Shown here: positions 25,556-34,387 of the stretch, in pieces | Layout: every line of letters starts with the position of its first letter | How positions within the stretch are numbered: position 1 is the first letter of the stretch | DNA from: a virus | Taxonomy: Duplodnaviria > Caudoviricetes | Reading direction: 5' to 3' (one strand) | IMG/VR virus record: IMGVR_UViG_3300020460_000022 | Coordinates: 1-50,812 of that record | DNA: 50,812 nucleotides | Translations under genes and position numbers: made by a program | Notes under the pieces: generated by a model | What the model was told of the DNA's origin: nothing | What the model saw: only the letters and a program-made list of their open reading frames with translations | Database searches by the model: none

Positions 25556-26671
25556 ATGGCACTTACAGCACTTAAAGGAAAAAAGTCCAACAGGAAAAAA
25601 GTAATGAGAGCGAAATCAAGATCGGGTATCGCTCACGTCCCATTACATAGTTTCACCGGAATGTGTGATTACGTACACATGGAGGTTGGCAGAAAAGAAA
25701 TAATCAACTTCAATAAGAAATATGTCAAAAAGAATTGGGGCAGTAAACTACTTACAGCAGATGACTGGGTATTTTACAAGCCGACAGTAACAATGACTCT
25801 ACTCTGGAAAGGTACGGGTCAAGAGTTCCCAGCTAGCTGGGATAGTAAGCGAGCTCTCTTAAAATTCAAGAGTGCTTTGGAGAAATATTCGAAAGGTGCG
25901 GACCAGGAGGCTCCAGGTATACGCAAAGTCATAAAGACTAAGTCGCCTACGGATATTATCAAGGAGAGAACATCAGACTTTATAGGTGGTGTGGAAGAAA
26001 AGCTAGATTATTGGATCGATAATGAAAGTTACTCTGTCTTTGATGAGCTGAAGAAAATCGATGCTCCTTATATCATGGCTAAAAAAGTGAATGATTTTTA
26101 TTCGCCTCTCCAAACTGAATTGAATGAGCTCGTTAACGATAGAACCTCTGATCTCTTGGAAAATTATTCTCATCTTAGTTCCAAGGATCAGAGGAGATAT
26201 CTGGAATTCGTAAGTAATATTATTTCAGATACAAACAAATATATGTCTACTAAGAAAGCCGCTAGGGCTGTTAGGAAGCCGAAGGTTAGAACTGCTGACA
26301 AACAAGTATCAAAGATGAAGTATCTTAAGGAAAGTAGTGAATTTAAAATAGCATCAATCAATCCTCTGCTAGTTGTTGGTTCACAGAGACTATTTACTTT
26401 CAACGTTAAGTATAAGAAACTTACAGAGTTGGTAAGTAATTCCACTAAGGGATTTGAAGTCAGTGGTTCTACCATAAAGAATGTCGACTATGACGAGTCA
26501 AGAGAAATAACTCTAAGACATCCGACAAGGCCAGGCGGTTTAATGTTGGAAGTACTCAGTAAAACCAAGAAGCAGATCGATGCGTACTGGAATCAACAGT
26601 CTACTAAAACTCAGAAAACCAATGGTAGAATAAATGATAATACAATACTACTAAGGGTTATGGATAAATGA
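25556..26671 (+). CDS. Conserved hypothetical protein of T4-like phages
   Basis: 371 aa; SINP, FNVKYKKL, GFEVSGSTI, NGRINDNTILLRV; upstream of gp33. Confidence 0.65.
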   Translation: MALTALKGKKSNRKKVMRAKSRSGIAHVPLHSFTGMCDYVHMEVGRKEIINFNKKYVKKNWGSKLLTADDWVFYKPTVTMTLLWKGTGQEFPASWDSKRALLKFKSALEKYSKGADQEAPGIRKVIKTKSPTDIIKERTSDFIGGVEEKLDYWIDNESYSVFDELKKIDAPYIMAKKVNDFYSPLQTELNELVNDRTSDLLENYSHLSSKDQRRYLEFVSNIISDTNKYMSTKKAARAVRKPKVRTADKQVSKMKYLKESSEFKIASINPLLVVGSQRLFTFNVKYKKLTELVSNSTKGFEVSGSTIKNVDYDESREITLRHPTRPGGLMLEVLSKTKKQIDAYWNQQSTKTQKTNGRINDNTILLRVMDK

Positions 26672-26874
26672 GTAGGTATAACAACGATGACATTATGAGA
26701 AAGCTCGAAGAAGTTGATACCAATATTGAAAACCTATCTAACATGATAAGACACCTTCACTTAAAACACGATACGAAACTCGGCAAGTTAGATAAGCATA
26801 TAGATTTTATAGAACAAACTTATAATGATCTTAAGAACCCTATTGAAGGTATAAAGAGATGGGTAGGAAAATGA
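26668..26874 (+). CDS. Hypothetical protein
   Basis: 68 aa, ATGA-coupled on both sides. Confidence 0.55.
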   Translation: MSRYNNDDIMRKLEEVDTNIENLSNMIRHLHLKHDTKLGKLDKHIDFIEQTYNDLKNPIEGIKRWVGK

Positions 26875-27095
26875 TTGAAGAGAAATTTTTAAATAAGAGT
26901 AAGTTTACAGAAATTGTCGAAGAAACTGTCATTGAAAAACAATTGTCATATATGGATGCAGTTCTTTACATATGTGAGATGAACTCAATAGATCTTGAAG
27001 ATGTAAAGAAGTTCATCTCACCGATAATAAAAGGTAAGATAGAAGCTGAGGCAATGGCCTTGAACTTCCTACCTAAACAGAATACCCTATTTTGA
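26871..27095 (+). CDS. 33: Late promoter transcription coactivator gp33
   Basis: SYMDAVLYICE..IDLEDV..ISP.IKGKIEAEA..LNFL; directly upstream of gp32. Confidence 0.85.
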   Translation: MIEEKFLNKSKFTEIVEETVIEKQLSYMDAVLYICEMNSIDLEDVKKFISPIIKGKIEAEAMALNFLPKQNTLF

Positions 27096-27096
27096 A

Positions 27097-27135
27097 TATA
27101 AATAGGTTTACATTACAGTCATACTGTGTTAAAAT
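27097..27135 (+). promoter_or_regulatory. Tandem late and early promoters of gene 32
   Basis: TATAAATA 27097-27104; TTTACA 27107-27112, 17 nt, TAAAAT 27130-27135. Confidence 0.7.
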
Positions 27136-27170
27136 AAAAATAATATTTCAGCAAATACGGAGAATAAAAT

Positions 27171-28079
27171 ATGTCTTTTGCACAATTAAAAGAACGTAAA
27201 GATCAAATTCAAAATTTGATCAAAGCCGCAGAACAAGCAGGCGGCGGAAACTCAGAGAAAAAATCATACACGGACGAAAGGTTTTGGAAACCTACTGTGG
27301 ATAAAGCCGGAAACGGTTACGCAGTTATTCGATTTTTGCCCGCACCAAAGAGTGAGGAACTACCTTGGATACGTTACTGGGATCATGGTTTCAAAGGACC
27401 AACAGGCCTTTGGTATATTGAAAACTCTTTAACTTCTATTGGTCAAACCGATCCAGTTGGTGAGCTCAACAGTCGTCTTTGGAACTCAGGTATTGAAGCT
27501 GACAAAGAGAAGGCGCGTACTCAAAAGCGTAGACTTCACTATGTCACAAATATCTATATAGTATCCGACCCGTCCAACCCCGATAATGAAGGCAAGGTAT
27601 TTCTATACCAGTTTGGTAAGAAGATCTTCGATAAGATTATGGATATGATGCAACCATCGTTCGCCGATGAGAAAGCAGTTAATCCTTTTGATCTTTGGGA
27701 AGGTGCAAACTTCAAGCTTAAGATTAGGAATGTCGAAGGTTATCGCAACTATGATAAGTCTGAGTTTGATTCACAGACTGCGCTTTCAGAAGATGATACA
27801 GTTCTTGAAGGTATATACAACAAGCAGGCTTCTTTACAGGAATTTCTTGATCCTAAGAACTTTAAGACCTATGATGAACTTAAGATGAAACTATCAAGAG
27901 TCCTAGGTGAAGAGGTAAGCGCTGGTGCTAATACCGTCAAGCAAGATACTCAACTAGGAGAGTCAACACCTCCACCTGAAATCAAGTCAGCTGAACCTGT
28001 GACTGCAGAGCAGATGTCGTCTCAAGAAGAAGATGATGACACAATGAGCTACTTTGCTAGGTTAGCCAAAGAAGGTTAA
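27171..28079 (+). CDS. 32: Single-stranded DNA-binding protein gp32
   Basis: DERFWKP..DKAGNGYAVIRFLP, HGFKGP.G.WYIEN, FGKKIFDKI, NYDKSEF, acidic tail. Confidence 0.95.
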   Translation: MSFAQLKERKDQIQNLIKAAEQAGGGNSEKKSYTDERFWKPTVDKAGNGYAVIRFLPAPKSEELPWIRYWDHGFKGPTGLWYIENSLTSIGQTDPVGELNSRLWNSGIEADKEKARTQKRRLHYVTNIYIVSDPSNPDNEGKVFLYQFGKKIFDKIMDMMQPSFADEKAVNPFDLWEGANFKLKIRNVEGYRNYDKSEFDSQTALSEDDTVLEGIYNKQASLQEFLDPKNFKTYDELKMKLSRVLGEEVSAGANTVKQDTQLGESTPPPEIKSAEPVTAEQMSSQEEDDDTMSYFARLAKEG

Positions 28080-28090
28080 TACTAACTGTA

Positions 28091-29728
28091 CTATCCGTAC
28101 GCTATCTTGGGGTCACCGGTATCATGAGTACCTGTGGCCCCGTTTATTAAGTAGGCATTTTGATCCCCACTATTAATAATTTGAGTATTAGATTGAGGTG
28201 GATTAACTACGTCTCTCATACTATCTCTATTTCGCAATAGATCTTCATACGCTAATCTTAAAAATCTCATTGACTCAGTTTCAGGACCATAAGGACCGGG
28301 TAATAAATTTTTTCCAAAAGTTTCATTGAAATCTTTATTAGGATCACGATCTTTTAGACCACTAAAAAAAGGTACTAGAATATCCTGTATCTTACCAATT
28401 AAGGAATTCTTTCTTATATTTTCCATTACTTCTTCTGAAGTAATAGGAGTTTGTGTGAAGATTGATCTACCTTGTGAACCTAAAACTCTATTTACTCTTT
28501 CATCTATACTTCCACCAGAAACACCTAAGGCATCTAATATTTTTTCTATATCATCTTGATATCTATTGTATTCTTCTTGATTTTGTTGTGGATCCATTCT
28601 TCCATCTAAAAATGGTTCAAGTTTATTAAGAGCTCTTATTAAATCTTTCCTATCTATAATACCACCAAATTCCCCGGATGGATCCATAACAGGTCCTTTA
28701 TCCTCACCTCTATATTCAAGAGCTCTTTGGTCTCTATCTTTAATCATCTGTGTAAATGGATTTTTAAATAGTGGAAAAGTTTGAGTAAATATTGATTCCA
28801 GTGTTTCTAAACTAAATAGTTGATCTAGATAATTTCCTACCTTCTTCATTACACCATTGAAAGAATCCTTGACGCTCTTTGCCATACCTTCAAAAAATCC
28901 AACCAGCTCTCCTATAATACTGATATCACCATCTCTCTTTTCCCAGTCGAAATAACTTGCTAATAAATCATATACCTTATTAACGGTTCCTTGTAAGATA
29001 GTACTAAAGAAATTATACAGCGCATCAAATCCTATTTTTAATCCGCTAAGAATGTTACCGTCTTTAAATTCTTTAAACATACCAACTAATCCACCTGATC
29101 TGAATCTACCCTGAGGACCTTGTCTACCTCCATATAAAAGATCTTTAATAACATCTAATCCGGATATAAAAACATCAGTAAAGAAATTTCCTATAGGTAT
29201 AAGATAATTCTCGTATGCATCTGTTAAAGCTGTTTTAATAGTTGGCCACCATTCATCAATCAATTCCCATGTTTTTAGAAATGCACCTTTCAAATATTCT
29301 CCAAAAGGTACCAAATATTTGTCATATACCATTTTTATTTTCTTTGCTAGATCCATCATGGTATCTCTGAACTTAGGCCAGTAATCAGAATTGATAAATG
29401 CTAAAATTGCTGGTATTGCTGCTATTAGGAGACCTTTCTTTACGAATCCCATAAGAGAACCTAATCCATCTTTTACTCCCTTAGGTAAAAAACCAGAAAA
29501 TCTACTAGATCCTCCAGGTCTAGATCCTGCTGTTACATCTTCACGTTTCTGTTCTTTTCTTTCTGCTGCTTCAACAGCTGCAGCAGCTTTAATACCTTTA
29601 AAGTGTTCTAGTATCTCAGCTAATATCTTTTTATTCGTACGAAGTGTATCATGTGTACCACGAGATATTGCCTCATTTACTTTCCTATCTGACTGCAGTT
29701 GTTTCTTGATATCTTCTAAAGTTGCCAT
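28091..29728 (-). CDS. Putative tape-measure / baseplate hub protein (gp29-like)
   Basis: 545 aa, helical with periodic aromatic residues and one hydrophobic segment; lies downstream of the gp26/gp51-like genes. Confidence 0.5.
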   Translation of the reverse strand: MATLEDIKKQLQSDRKVNEAISRGTHDTLRTNKKILAEILEHFKGIKAAAAVEAAERKEQKREDVTAGSRPGGSSRFSGFLPKGVKDGLGSLMGFVKKGLLIAAIPAILAFINSDYWPKFRDTMMDLAKKIKMVYDKYLVPFGEYLKGAFLKTWELIDEWWPTIKTALTDAYENYLIPIGNFFTDVFISGLDVIKDLLYGGRQGPQGRFRSGGLVGMFKEFKDGNILSGLKIGFDALYNFFSTILQGTVNKVYDLLASYFDWEKRDGDISIIGELVGFFEGMAKSVKDSFNGVMKKVGNYLDQLFSLETLESIFTQTFPLFKNPFTQMIKDRDQRALEYRGEDKGPVMDPSGEFGGIIDRKDLIRALNKLEPFLDGRMDPQQNQEEYNRYQDDIEKILDALGVSGGSIDERVNRVLGSQGRSIFTQTPITSEEVMENIRKNSLIGKIQDILVPFFSGLKDRDPNKDFNETFGKNLLPGPYGPETESMRFLRLAYEDLLRNRDSMRDVVNPPQSNTQIINSGDQNAYLINGATGTHDTGDPKIAYG

Positions 29729-29733
29729 TATTT

Positions 29734-29916
29734 TTAGCCTTTATTTTCTGTTCTCTTTTTTTCTTCTTCTATAAATTGCATTAACAAAGTTACGTATATT
29801 TCCCTTTCCCACGGTATCATTCCTTCTAAATCACTAAGAGAATAATTATGATGTTGCATCAGTTGAAAATTAACTCTGTAGTGGCTGTTCAAGTTATCAT
29901 GAGAAAGGGCTACTAA
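29734..29916 (-). CDS. gp51-like baseplate/tail assembly chaperone segment (probably a -1 frameshift extension), not in ORF track
   Basis: Manual translation LVALSHDNLNSHYRVNFQLMQHHNYSLSDLEGMIPWEREIYVTLLMQFIEEEKKRTENKG; the first ATG (29859) has no clear RBS. Confidence 0.75.
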   Translation of the reverse strand, partial: LVALSHDNLNSHYRVNFQLMQHHNYSLSDLEGMIPWEREIYVTLLMQFIEEEKKRTENKG

Positions 29917-30623
29917 AAAAAATCCTTAAGACCCTCCACATGTATTGAATTATGTTCTCCGCATTCTTTACATTCATAATTTATATCATGCTTCAATTTT
30001 GGAATCTTGTCTATATAATTCCTAATTAATTTAAATTGATCAGATGTTAAAGACCCTACGAAATCATTTAATTCTTTTTCGGAAACATCTTTAACAGAAA
30101 TACTTTCTTCTTCTGTTATAACGGAATCTATACACTGATTAATTAAAGCAAATGCTTGTTCTGATTCATTTAGTTTTGACATGTCTTTATCCCCGAATAA
30201 TGACTTATAAGATGGCCATTTCATTTTAATTGATATTGTATCAGTTAATTTAATTAAAGGATCAATATCTGGCATGTCAACTTTTACATCTTCTAAACTA
30301 AAAGAAACATCATTCTCTGCTGAACAAGAATTGCATTTAGGTTTGAATTTAATATTTTCTCCAGAAGATTTAGATCTTAATTGCGTAAAGATATATTCAA
30401 CATCAAATACTGTTAATTCTTCTTTTGATATATCATCTTGAATACATGCATTAACCGTATTCACTAAAGACTTAAACATATGTGATGGATCTTCAGATTC
30501 TGAAGCCATCAATAATACCTTCTCTTCTTGTACAAGATAAGGCCTGTAATAAACTTTCTTGTTAATTGATGGTATTGTCAGTGAATACTGTGGGGTATTA
30601 TTTAATTTAGGTAAAGCAACCAT
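29913..30623 (-). CDS. 26: Baseplate hub assembly protein gp26-like
   Basis: ALPKL, YRPYLVQEEKVLLMA, FDVEYIFTQLRSKSSGE, two CxxC, EGLKDFF. Confidence 0.8.
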   Translation of the reverse strand: MVALPKLNNTPQYSLTIPSINKKVYYRPYLVQEEKVLLMASESEDPSHMFKSLVNTVNACIQDDISKEELTVFDVEYIFTQLRSKSSGENIKFKPKCNSCSAENDVSFSLEDVKVDMPDIDPLIKLTDTISIKMKWPSYKSLFGDKDMSKLNESEQAFALINQCIDSVITEEESISVKDVSEKELNDFVGSLTSDQFKLIRNYIDKIPKLKHDINYECKECGEHNSIHVEGLKDFF

Positions 30624-30624
30624 T

Positions 30625-31251
30625 TTATACTCTTCTCCAATCTCTATATTGCATAACTACTTGAATTTCTAATAGTCCATCTGGCTGGTTATCTAATGCT
30701 ACACCAGATACACTTTTAGGATAAGCGTCTTCTAGTACTAAACTATAATTCGTCTTATCCGAATAATTTCTATCAAAATCAAAATCCACGTTTACCGTAA
30801 AATTTAAAAATTTTGCAAGGAACTTCGAAGCAAATGAAATCCCTCTGTTTCTCAGATCAAAGTCGTATGACATACCTTTTCTGAGATGATGTATGGACAT
30901 TCTTGAAGAATATTCTTTTTCATATCCTACATAATAACTACTACCTATAACACTCTGATGCCATCTTTCAAAATACTGTTTTACTCCCCAGTCATTCAAT
31001 AGATGAAAAGTTAGTGTAACATCATCTGTTATAATTTGATTTGCAATTTCTGTTCCTTTAACACTATAAATTCTAGGTACAGTTGCCATAGCTCTTCCAG
31101 GCATAGTAGCAGTTTTACAAAGAACATTTAGTTCTTTTGTTTCTGTTATTGTACCAGCTATTCTCGGTAGAACGACTACAAACTGATTCGATAATGCTAA
31201 CCCATCACTTTTCGTAATTTGTGTTTTTAATTTCTCTATAGAAAAAGCCAT
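30625..31251 (-). CDS. 54: Baseplate-tail tube initiator gp54-like (tube fold)
   Basis: GLALSNQFVV, LCKTATMPG, LEDAYPKSV, QYRDW. Confidence 0.6.
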   Translation of the reverse strand: MAFSIEKLKTQITKSDGLALSNQFVVVLPRIAGTITETKELNVLCKTATMPGRAMATVPRIYSVKGTEIANQIITDDVTLTFHLLNDWGVKQYFERWHQSVIGSSYYVGYEKEYSSRMSIHHLRKGMSYDFDLRNRGISFASKFLAKFLNFTVNVDFDFDRNYSDKTNYSLVLEDAYPKSVSGVALDNQPDGLLEIQVVMQYRDWRRV

Positions 31252-31835
31252 TAGATCATACTCCTTGAATCATTGTAGACTGTTCCCTTTCCTGCCTTCT
31301 CGAAATCTGCTGTTGGTAAAAACGTAGCAATCTCCCATTCTGGTGCCGGTACAAGTGCAAGTCGACTTCTGATATTTGATGTTAGGTAATGTTTAAAACA
31401 TGGCTTAAAATATTTTAAATTTGTAGAAGCTTTCAGCATTTTATAGGATAAACTGAATTTAGTGGACTCATCATATTTCTTATTACTAGTGATATCCATC
31501 AGCCCATCTAAGAATTTAGCTCTCAGTGCATTAGGTAGGTAGTGTAAGTTGATACCCTTGAATCCACCTTTAGCAGGCTCTACTACGATAGTAAGGGGAA
31601 ACCTATCATAGTATGGTAGAGTTTCTTTATGCTTAGGATCGTAGAAGTACATGTACATATTTCCGATACCGTGTCTATTACGTAATTGTAGAGGATCTTG
31701 TCTCATCAGTTCTAGTCGACTGGTACCACGTAGTTGTCCGGCTTTCTGTTGGAACCACTTTCTAGATTCTTGAGTTCGAGGTGTTATACCTGCTCTGAAT
31801 GCAGCTAATTCTAATTTTTGAAATAAATTCGCCAT
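31251..31835 (-). CDS. 2: DNA end protector protein gp2
   Basis: YFYDPKHKETLPYYDRFPL, GINLHYLP, PCFKHYL, FLPTADF. Confidence 0.9.
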   Translation of the reverse strand: MANLFQKLELAAFRAGITPRTQESRKWFQQKAGQLRGTSRLELMRQDPLQLRNRHGIGNMYMYFYDPKHKETLPYYDRFPLTIVVEPAKGGFKGINLHYLPNALRAKFLDGLMDITSNKKYDESTKFSLSYKMLKASTNLKYFKPCFKHYLTSNIRSRLALVPAPEWEIATFLPTADFEKAGKGTVYNDSRSMI

Positions 31836-31840
31836 GATAG

Positions 31841-31848
31841 TATTTATA
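31841..31848 (-). promoter_or_regulatory. T4 late promoter
   Basis: TATAAATA between genes 4 and 2. Confidence 0.7.
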
Positions 31849-32346
31849 TCATTTTTTAGATTTTCTCTTAAACCGAGGTAGCGGCTTTAACTTCTTCAGC
31901 CTTCCAGGAGAAGGTTTAGGCAGTATTCCCATTTTCTGCAACGTATTCTCAGTCCATATCTGAAATTCCCAGCCGCGATCCTTTGCATAATTACTCGCTG
32001 CTTTCCACTTACACCTATTCTTGACATATTCCAGAGATTCTGATAAGTATCTTTTCGTTCTTCTTTGCCCTGTCGGAGGTACTGTCTGTGATTCAGGTTT
32101 GATCTCCACCAATATAGTTCTATTGTTGATTGTAATTTTAAGATCCATGAAGTAACGATGATACTTCTGGTCTACCTCATACAGATATGGTATTACAACT
32201 TCTTCAGAACACCATGATTTAACGTTTGGATTCTGGTCACACCACTTAAACGCAGATTTTTCCCACAATGACCTATAGATAACATTAGTGTAATCACCTT
32301 TATATTTTTTAGGATTTGATACCTTGTAACGACCTGAATAACTCAT
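31849..32346 (-). CDS. 4: Head completion nuclease gp4
   Basis: YSGRY...NPKKYKGD, YRSLWE, WCSEEVVIPY, HRYFMD, VEIKP, KWKAA, IWTE. Confidence 0.9.
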   Translation of the reverse strand: MSYSGRYKVSNPKKYKGDYTNVIYRSLWEKSAFKWCDQNPNVKSWCSEEVVIPYLYEVDQKYHRYFMDLKITINNRTILVEIKPESQTVPPTGQRRTKRYLSESLEYVKNRCKWKAASNYAKDRGWEFQIWTENTLQKMGILPKPSPGRLKKLKPLPRFKRKSKK

Positions 32347-32353
32347 ATAAATA
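32346..32353 (+). promoter_or_regulatory. T4 late promoter
   Basis: TATAAATA upstream of gp48. Confidence 0.7.
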
Positions 32354-32397
32354 ACTAAGTAAGATTTTATATTAATATCTATATAGAAAGTAATTAA

Positions 32398-33669
32398 ATG
32401 CCAGATTATACTTCACTCAATGAAGGTCAAATAAGATCAACCTATAATAATAATAGAGCTATTAATGAAAGAGAAGAAATAGAGGCTAAGGCTGATCTTG
32501 ATTATTTTAATAGAAGAATCAATGATCCTATCAAAAAAGAAATAGATCAAGTCAATAATACATTTTCCCCAAGATCTAGATTAAAGTACCCTTTAGAAAA
32601 ACAAGATCTATATCAAGGTCAAATATTATTTACACCTATAATTACTACTCCACCGAGAATACAAGGAGGAGGATTTAGCAAAAAATTAAAAGATCATATT
32701 ATGAGGCCTCAAGAAGTAAATGAATTTCTTGGTGGAGAACCTACCGGTGGTGATGGCCAAACAGTTGAAGAAATTAAGAATCAATCTCAGAGTGGAGAAT
32801 TTGTAGATAATACTTCACTTAATGAAGGTCAAAATGTAGGTATAACCGAAGCTGAACGTACTGCCACTGAAAATTTTAGTTCCCAAGGGGATGATCTTAC
32901 AGGTACAGATTTTCTTTCTAAATCACAAACAACCTTTGGAAATACTTCAGTACAACTATATATTCCAACTGGCGTAACTTTCTCTGATGGAATTAATTAT
33001 AATGCAGCAAATTTGAATACTTTAGGTACTGTAGGATTAGCAGGTATTGAACAGGGTGGAGGTTTAGTACAATCTTTAAAAGAAGGTGTTACTCGTAGTT
33101 TTGCTGGTGTAGGAGATATGTTAAGAGGACAGGTACAAGATCAAGGCTTAGCAAGACTGGCTGCAGTACGTATAGCTAATCAGGTACCAGGATTTTTTGC
33201 CGGACAAGAAATACAATCAGCAATAAAGATCGGATTACAAACAAGATTGAACCCAAATCGTAAAAGTTTATTCGAAGATGTAGATCTTAGGCCATTCACA
33301 TTTACCTTTTCATTTATCGCAACATCACGTAGGGAATCTGCTGAAATAGGGAAAATTATTAAGTTCTTCAGAAAAGAAGCTTATCCAGAAAATATATCAC
33401 CACCTGATGAAACGGGTGCAGGTGATATCCCCATAGGTTATAAATTTCCAAATAAGTTTGATATTAAGATGCAAGTACGAGATAAGTTTGGTAGGTTTGT
33501 TAGGTATGGTTATAAGGTTAAACCATGTTATCTTCGAAGAATTACGACGAACTTCAATCCGGGTAGCTACTCATATCATGATGATGGGACACCATTTCAA
33601 ATTGATATGACATTAGATTTCATCGAATTTAGTACTTTAAGTAAAGAAGATATAGAGGAGGGATTCTAA
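32398..33669 (+). CDS. 48: Baseplate tail tube cap gp48
   Basis: LYIP, NP..LFEDVDLRPFTFTFSF, IIKFFR, FPNKFDI, MTLDFIE; precedes gp53. Confidence 0.75.
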   Translation: MPDYTSLNEGQIRSTYNNNRAINEREEIEAKADLDYFNRRINDPIKKEIDQVNNTFSPRSRLKYPLEKQDLYQGQILFTPIITTPPRIQGGGFSKKLKDHIMRPQEVNEFLGGEPTGGDGQTVEEIKNQSQSGEFVDNTSLNEGQNVGITEAERTATENFSSQGDDLTGTDFLSKSQTTFGNTSVQLYIPTGVTFSDGINYNAANLNTLGTVGLAGIEQGGGLVQSLKEGVTRSFAGVGDMLRGQVQDQGLARLAAVRIANQVPGFFAGQEIQSAIKIGLQTRLNPNRKSLFEDVDLRPFTFTFSFIATSRRESAEIGKIIKFFRKEAYPENISPPDETGAGDIPIGYKFPNKFDIKMQVRDKFGRFVRYGYKVKPCYLRRITTNFNPGSYSYHDDGTPFQIDMTLDFIEFSTLSKEDIEEGF

Positions 33670-33670
33670 T

Positions 33671-34384
33671 ATGCCAATCTTAGAAAGTTTAAGTCCTATA
33701 TTATATCGATTTGGTAATGAAGCAAATCGCGTACCTTTTCAGAATCTGACTTCATATGTAGATTTAATAGATGATATCAAAGATGAAGTAAGTTTGTATG
33801 AAACGTATTATGTTCGAGATGGTGATAGACCTGATCAGCTATCTTTAAAATTCTACAATACTACAGATTTCTACTGGACATTCTTCTTAATGAATGATCA
33901 TGTCAGAGTACAAGGTTGGCCACTATCAAATTATCAACTTGAGAAAAAAGTAAAAGAAGATTTCCCTAATACTGTATTTACTACAAGAAATAATCTAACA
34001 GGGATATTTAAAGTTGGAGAAACAGTAACAGGTAATACATCAGGAGCAAGTAGTTCTATTATCAAAAGGCATTTAGATCTTGGACAGATAGTCGTAAAAG
34101 GAGATATCAGTTTTAGTGCTGGAGAAACTATGACTAGTAGTGGTGGACAATCAGTAACAAGTACAGGATTTGTACGTGAATTTAATGCCGTACATCATTA
34201 CGAAGATGCAAATAAGAAATATATTGATATTGATCCTTACAGTTCAATACCTTCTTCCGTAACACCTATAACAAATTTCGAAAGATATATTGCAGATAAT
34301 ATTAAATTAAAACAAATCAAAGTTATTAAACCATCAAAGATTAATCAGATCGCAGATAATTTTAGAAAATTATTAAGTAGTTAA
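33671..34384 (+). CDS. 53: Baseplate wedge protein gp53
   Basis: YYVRDGDRPDQLS (LysM-like), YWTFFLMN, WPLS, VHHYE, IKVIKP. Confidence 0.85.
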   Translation: MPILESLSPILYRFGNEANRVPFQNLTSYVDLIDDIKDEVSLYETYYVRDGDRPDQLSLKFYNTTDFYWTFFLMNDHVRVQGWPLSNYQLEKKVKEDFPNTVFTTRNNLTGIFKVGETVTGNTSGASSSIIKRHLDLGQIVVKGDISFSAGETMTSSGGQSVTSTGFVREFNAVHHYEDANKKYIDIDPYSSIPSSVTPITNFERYIADNIKLKQIKVIKPSKINQIADNFRKLLSS

Positions 34385-34387
34385 ATT

